A stretch of 41,051 nt of DNA. It comes from a virus. Taxonomy: Duplodnaviria > Caudoviricetes. The DNA lies in the IMG/VR virus record IMGVR_UViG_3300030433_001199, positions 1 to 41,051 of that record; one strand, 5' to 3'. Below the pieces are notes generated by a model, which searched no databases, was not told the origin of the DNA, and saw only the letters and a list, made by a program, of their open reading frames with translations. The position numbers and the translations under genes are program-made. Of the stretch, positions 37,580 through 41,051 are shown in pieces; position 1 is the stretch's first letter; every line of letters begins with the position of its first letter.

Positions 37580-37785
37580 TCAGACACCTCCTCTCCTATT
37601 GGATTATCTATATACCATTGTTGCTCACACTCATCACAACAATACCCATCTTCCTCTCTCTTTAGTTCTTCGTTGTAAAGGCCAAACACAGGATAGCGAT
37701 TCACAAACCTACCGCTACCAAATGATGTATCTCTACGACAATGAACACATAGATCACCTATATCTATTACTTCATTCTCACTCAT
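37576..37785 (-). CDS. Small Zn-finger-like protein (CVHC...CDEC)
   Basis: Two CxxC pairs. Confidence 0.65.
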   Translation of the reverse strand: MSENEVIDIGDLCVHCRRDTSFGSGRFVNRYPVFGLYNEELKREEDGYCCDECEQQWYIDNPIGEEVSE

Positions 37786-37960
37786 CAGACACCTCCTCTA
37801 CATCACCTGTTGTCTCACGAATTACCAATTCAGAAGAAACAATATCTTCATCAGTCCAATCACCATCATCTACTTTTTTTATTGCTTCTTCTTTGTTGTT
37901 AGCTTTTACCTTAACCCATTGTCCATAACTTGCGGACTGTAATACATTATAAGTTTTCAT
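37778..37960 (-). CDS. Small DpnD/PcfM-like protein (VKANNKEEA)
   Basis: Motif match; AGGAGG RBS. Confidence 0.65.
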   Translation of the reverse strand: MKTYNVLQSASYGQWVKVKANNKEEAIKKVDDGDWTDEDIVSSELVIRETTGDVEEVSDE

Positions 37961-37975
37961 TGTCAGACACCTCCT

Positions 37976-38149
37976 TTATGTCTTATTAACATTAATTAAA
38001 CTCACTACAATGATACACAATCCTATCACACCTATCAAGCTGCTGAAGATTGGATCATCATAAAAATAGTACCATACAATTCCATTTGCAATGGTGTACC
38101 ACCCTATAAAATTGATAAGTAAAAAGCTTATCACTCTGTCTATTTTCAT
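37976..38149 (-). CDS. 57-aa two-TM membrane protein, not in ORF track
   Basis: Manual translation MKIDRVISFLLINFIGWY...; GGAG RBS. Confidence 0.6.
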   Translation of the reverse strand: MKIDRVISFLLINFIGWYTIANGIVWYYFYDDPIFSSLIGVIGLCIIVVSLINVNKT

Positions 38150-38151
38150 AT

Positions 38152-38388
38152 CTATTCTCCTATAAAAAGATGACTTAGTTGTATTCGATCAATTAGTTTT
38201 TCTAATTGCTCCAAATCTAAATACTCATCAATCAAAAAATCTCCATTTGAAGATTGTATGAGATTCATTAGACTCATTCTCTGATCCAATAGAGCTTGTT
38301 CTACTTGCTCTATCTCATCACGACTCAATGTGATCGTGTAGGTTTCCTCAAGAATATTTTTCTCATTTACCTTTACATTTATTTTCAT
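38152..38388 (-). CDS. Hypothetical protein (78 aa)
   Basis: GAGG RBS; ATGA overlap. Confidence 0.6.
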   Translation of the reverse strand: MKINVKVNEKNILEETYTITLSRDEIEQVEQALLDQRMSLMNLIQSSNGDFLIDEYLDLEQLEKLIDRIQLSHLFIGE

Positions 38389-38522
38389 AACGCACCTCTC
38401 AATGCTTTTTTAATTTCTTTTTTGGCACTTGCTCTAACAAGTTTCTCAACCTTTCTTTTCTTCCAACCGCCAAGATGTTTGTTCCACTCACCTGTTGGTA
38501 TTTTATTTCTTTTCGATGCCAT
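38385..38522 (-). CDS. Small highly basic protein (likely start MASKRN at 38522)
   Basis: GAGG RBS before 38522; the longer start at 38588 lacks a clear RBS. Confidence 0.6.
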   Translation of the reverse strand: MASKRNKIPTGEWNKHLGGWKKRKVEKLVRASAKKEIKKALRGAL

Positions 38523-38624
38523 TATTACCTCTCTATCATTGGTTAAAAAATTTTTAAAGTGGCTAGAAGAAGGCACAAATATCTTCATATTTAATACACC
38601 ACTCTACAATTATGTTGTCGACAT

Positions 38625-38681
38625 CGTGCTACAAAGGATTCGAACCTTTATCTAAATGTTTTACCATTAAACTAGTAGCGC
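38625..38681 (-). ncRNA. tRNA-like element lacking the anticodon arm
   Basis: Acceptor GCGCTAC/GTAGCAC, T8A9, D arm GTTT-AATGGTA-AAAC, only 8 nt ATTTAGAT, then T arm AAAGG-TTCGAAT-CCTTT. Confidence 0.75.
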
Positions 38682-38729
38682 TACATAATTTATAGATAGT
38701 ACTAATACTTTTCTTTGTTATGTACTTCT

Positions 38730-38900
38730 AATTGCTATGTGAACTTACCTCCTTTCAAAGCCTATCACATACCACTTGTTGAAACACAAGGGCTAGACAG
38801 GCCTTCCTTTTTAAAGTGCGATTTCACCAACACTATAGTCTAGCTTTTAGCTCTCATTGTGTTTCTCTTTCTCTCTCTCTCTCTCTCTATTGAGCTGCTG
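38730..38900 (-). ncRNA. Candidate multi-hairpin non-coding RNA
   Basis: Stems GCTAGAC/GTCTAGC, CTTGT/ACAAG and TATGTGA/TCACATA; no convincing ORF. Confidence 0.4.
38871..38888. repeat. (CT)9 / (AG)9 microsatellite
   Basis: Seen directly. Confidence 0.9.
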
Positions 38901-38919
38901 AGATCAAAAAAATTTTTTT

Positions 38920-38958
38920 AAAAAAAAGGCTTATCACTTTTGAAAGTGATAAACCTTT
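38920..38958 (-). terminator. Rho-independent terminator
   Basis: GGTTTATCACTTT-CA-AAAGTGATAAGCC hairpin followed by T8, just downstream of the 38966 stop. Confidence 0.75.
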
Positions 38959-38965
38959 AATTTAT

Positions 38966-39160
38966 TTAAACCAATTTTGAAAGTATTGAATCGTTTAACT
39001 TTCTGATCCTTTCATCGTTTAGTTGCTTTTCTACTCTTTTAATTGCTTCTTTTGCACCTAACTCAAGTAGATATTCACTCAATAAAAATTGATGATAATC
39101 ATTTTTAGGATCATATTTAATTCTTCTTTGACTTCTTACTTCTTCATATAAATTTTTCAT
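38966..39160 (-). CDS. Hypothetical protein (64 aa)
   Basis: AAGGA RBS. Confidence 0.6.
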   Translation of the reverse strand: MKNLYEEVRSQRRIKYDPKNDYHQFLLSEYLLELGAKEAIKRVEKQLNDERIRKLNDSILSKLV

Positions 39161-39197
39161 AATTAAATTCCTTTATTATTGATTAAATTTTTATAGA

Positions 39198-40117
39198 GAT
39201 AGTTATCATTCATAGTGAATATTGATGTCGATGAATCTCATATCATAGCCATTATTGTTGTGTTACTTCTCTTTGGATTTTTTATTCCTAGCCGTAACAG
39301 TTTTTGGTTTTTTAGGTGTTACCACCTCTTTTGAGAAAGGTACATCCAATTCATTACAAAGCTTTAAAAATCCTGTTAAAAAAGTTTTTAATCTTTGAGG
39401 ATTCTTAACCAAGAATTTCATTGACCATTTTATAGCCTCTTTCAATTCTACTTCGTATTCATCTTTTGCGTTTTCTCTAGATTCTTTCAAGGCATTTAAC
39501 ATATCTTGATATGAATCAAAGGTATCAAAAATTTCAAAAGTAGTTGGTTGAGGTACTTTTGTAATTGATCCGTCAGAAGTATTCACTTCTTCTTGATATT
39601 CAACAGTACATAAACCGCCAAGAGATTTGTCTTTAAAAACTGATCTAAAATCGGTGAACATCTGTGTAACTGCACTAGGTACACTTTGTCTTGATTCCTT
39701 ATCCGCTTTTTTGATCCATCTATTAGTCCACTTCATTCTTTTTGATGATTCAGGATTCTCATTATCAAGATGCTCAAGTTCACATAATTGTTGATATGTT
39801 CTATCGACATCATTAATAGTTCTGAATCCGTGCTTCTTAGAGAATGCTTCAATCATTCTGAAAAGCCTAGGTCTATAACCTACACCTTTCTCATCACTTG
39901 ATGACAATGATTCGTTTAGATGGTCTCTACGGAACGTATCTCTAACGATGTCATCAATCAAAGATTGAAGTTCATCTAGCAAGTTAGTGGTTTTAGTTGT
40001 TTTAGTTGTTTTGGTTTCTCTTTTTGTTGTTTTAGTAGCCAATTTAATCACCTTTATGATTAGGGGCTATTCAACAAAATCCAAAGACATCAACACCCAC
40101 TATGAATGATAACTATC
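39198..40117 (-). repeat. Long-range inverted repeat (39198-39250 / 40065-40117) flanking the first early gene
   Basis: 32-nt core with 29/32 matches plus an extension; isolated mismatches are all G-U compatible on the minus-strand RNA. Confidence 0.9.
39263..40051 (-). CDS. First early gene, hypothetical protein (~260 aa; start may be TTG at 40042)
   Basis: Long ORF with K/T-rich ends; AGGTG SD sits upstream of the TTG. Confidence 0.75.
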   Translation of the reverse strand: MIKLATKTTKRETKTTKTTKTTNLLDELQSLIDDIVRDTFRRDHLNESLSSSDEKGVGYRPRLFRMIEAFSKKHGFRTINDVDRTYQQLCELEHLDNENPESSKRMKWTNRWIKKADKESRQSVPSAVTQMFTDFRSVFKDKSLGGLCTVEYQEEVNTSDGSITKVPQPTTFEIFDTFDSYQDMLNALKESRENAKDEYEVELKEAIKWSMKFLVKNPQRLKTFLTGFLKLCNELDVPFSKEVVTPKKPKTVTARNKKSKEK

Positions 40118-40212
40118 AAATCTGATTTGGTTTTCGTGATTCCACTTTCCTAACTTGATTGTCACCCTGCATTCGTTGGTGTCGCTGTTAAGTATGTCCA
40201 AATACAAGAGAC

Positions 40213-40276
40213 ATTATTGACCAAGTAGATACAGATATCAAGCGATTCAAAAATAGATGTGATGTTTGTCACTTTT
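40213..40276 (-). promoter_or_regulatory. Possible early promoter (TTGATA-17-AATAAT) with upstream CRP/FNR-like box TGTGA-N6-TCACT
   Basis: Imperfect -10; box at 40255-40276, centred near -60. Confidence 0.4.
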
Positions 40277-40805
40277 GAAAGTGATAAAAAATATTCGATA
40301 AACGATTGTTTGTATTGAGAATGTGCCAAAGCTTTCAAGTAAATATTTTGAACATTTTAAATGGCCTGATGACTTGGTAACTTGTCAGATGTGAGAGTCT
40401 ACCAATATAAAAGATATGATCTTGACTAGCATAGAAAGAGGGATCAAGTCAATAAAATACTTTAAAAATTTTAAAATATTTTTCTTGATTTGTGAGTTAT
40501 TTTATGGTTGGAAAATCTTGGAAATTTGACAAATTTGTCAAGCATAAAGATTAGAGAATGTCTAATAATATTTTGGAATATGTAAAGAATTAAAAGTTAT
40601 AAAGTATTAAAGACAGGGGGGCAGGTGTCCACCCCCGTACCCCCTATATATATATAGATCTCGAACATTTTAAGAAACTTTTAACTCGTTAACTTGATAA
40701 ATGCCGCATAACTTATATACTCTATATGCGCTATATTTGCTATATTCTAATACTTGGAAGGGGAGGGAGTTAGTTAGGTATTTAACCCCGGGAGGCTTAA
40801 AGAAT

Positions 40806-40834
40806 ATTATACATACAGATTTCAATTTTGTCAA
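40806..40834 (-). promoter_or_regulatory. Consensus sigma70 promoter TTGACA-17-TATAAT (leftward)
   Basis: Perfect hexamers. Confidence 0.8.
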
Positions 40835-40893
40835 GAACTTTTTAATTTGTGAAATTTCACAAGAAATAACACCCTAAAATTTTAAAAAAAGAC

Positions 40894-40922
40894 TTGACAA
40901 GTTCGTTAACTAGACCTATAAT
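40894..40922 (+). promoter_or_regulatory. Consensus sigma70 promoter TTGACA-17-TATAAT (rightward)
   Basis: Perfect hexamers ending 7 nt before the ATG at 40930. Confidence 0.85.
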
Positions 40923-40929
40923 ACAAACT

Positions 40930-41051
40930 ATGGCTAACACATACCTACAAGAAACAAACAATAAAGATAGAATCTTAACAGATAAACAACAAAAGTTCTT
41001 AGATTGTTTAATAGAACATAATGGTAATGCAAAACTAGCAGCCCAAGAAGC
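40930..41051 (+). CDS. Terminase small subunit-like HTH protein (3'-truncated)
   Basis: MANTYLQETNNKDRILTDKQQKFLDCLIEHNGNAKLAAQEA matches the LT.KQ..F...N...AA pattern. Confidence 0.6.
   Translation, partial: MANTYLQETNNKDRILTDKQQKFLDCLIEHNGNAKLAAQE

Larger units (their letters stand above)
37437..37975 (-). repeat. Four copies of the gene-junction motif AGGAGGTGTCTGA (37437, 37580, 37785, 37963)
   Basis: Identical 13-mer at four consecutive gene boundaries. Confidence 0.9.

Noticed and set aside
38625-38681. Call as a functional tRNA, tmRNA or Y RNA
   Set aside because: No anticodon arm or CCA; no G3-U70 pair or tag reading frame; arm order is not the permuted YrlA arrangement.
39198-40117. 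Inverted repeats as an invertible element or transposon ends
   Set aside because: No recombinase or transposase seen, and the mismatches are strand-biased to G-U, favouring RNA pairing. Not fully excluded.
1-41051. Alternative genetic code, introns or inteins in PolA, RNR or helicase
   Set aside because: Core genes are uninterrupted and of normal length under the standard code.

Overview
This is an AT-rich segment of a lytic-type podovirus, probably marine. Its layout is SIO1/Zobellviridae/HMO-2011-like (inferred), and its host is probably proteobacterial, judging from TTGACA-17-TATAAT promoters and GGAG ribosome-binding sites. There are two convergent arms. The + arm (1-21919) carries a 5'-truncated tail fibre, five large putative ejection (internal virion) proteins, holin-like membrane genes, Hsp20 with a ROSE-like thermometer, and a three-gene secreted/membrane module. 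The - arm (40051-21916) carries many small early genes, a GP88-like protein, a C5 cytosine methyltransferase, a pyrimidine-dimer glycosylase, a T7-like SSB/primase-helicase/PolA set, nucleases, a hotdog thioesterase, DUF3310 and a class II ribonucleotide reductase. A non-coding region (40052-40929) with divergent promoters precedes the start of a terminase-small-subunit-like gene. No RNA polymerase, integrase or CRISPR array was seen. The most notable observations are: (1) an early RNA cluster at 38600-40290, with a ~50-bp 5'UTR-3'UTR duplex enclosing the first early gene, a tRNA-like element lacking the anticodon arm, and an adjacent multi-hairpin RNA; (2) a 1855-aa ejection protein whose C-terminus looks like a GG-delimited effector polyprotein (pre-toxin-like linker, SAM methyltransferase, SAA/lipocone-like domain); (3) the secreted TN-repeat/NIDO-like module; (4) apparent complete avoidance of CCWGG and of CCGG outside CCSGG, alongside a multi-TRD methyltransferase. 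All calls come from manual reading; no searches or folding programs were run.
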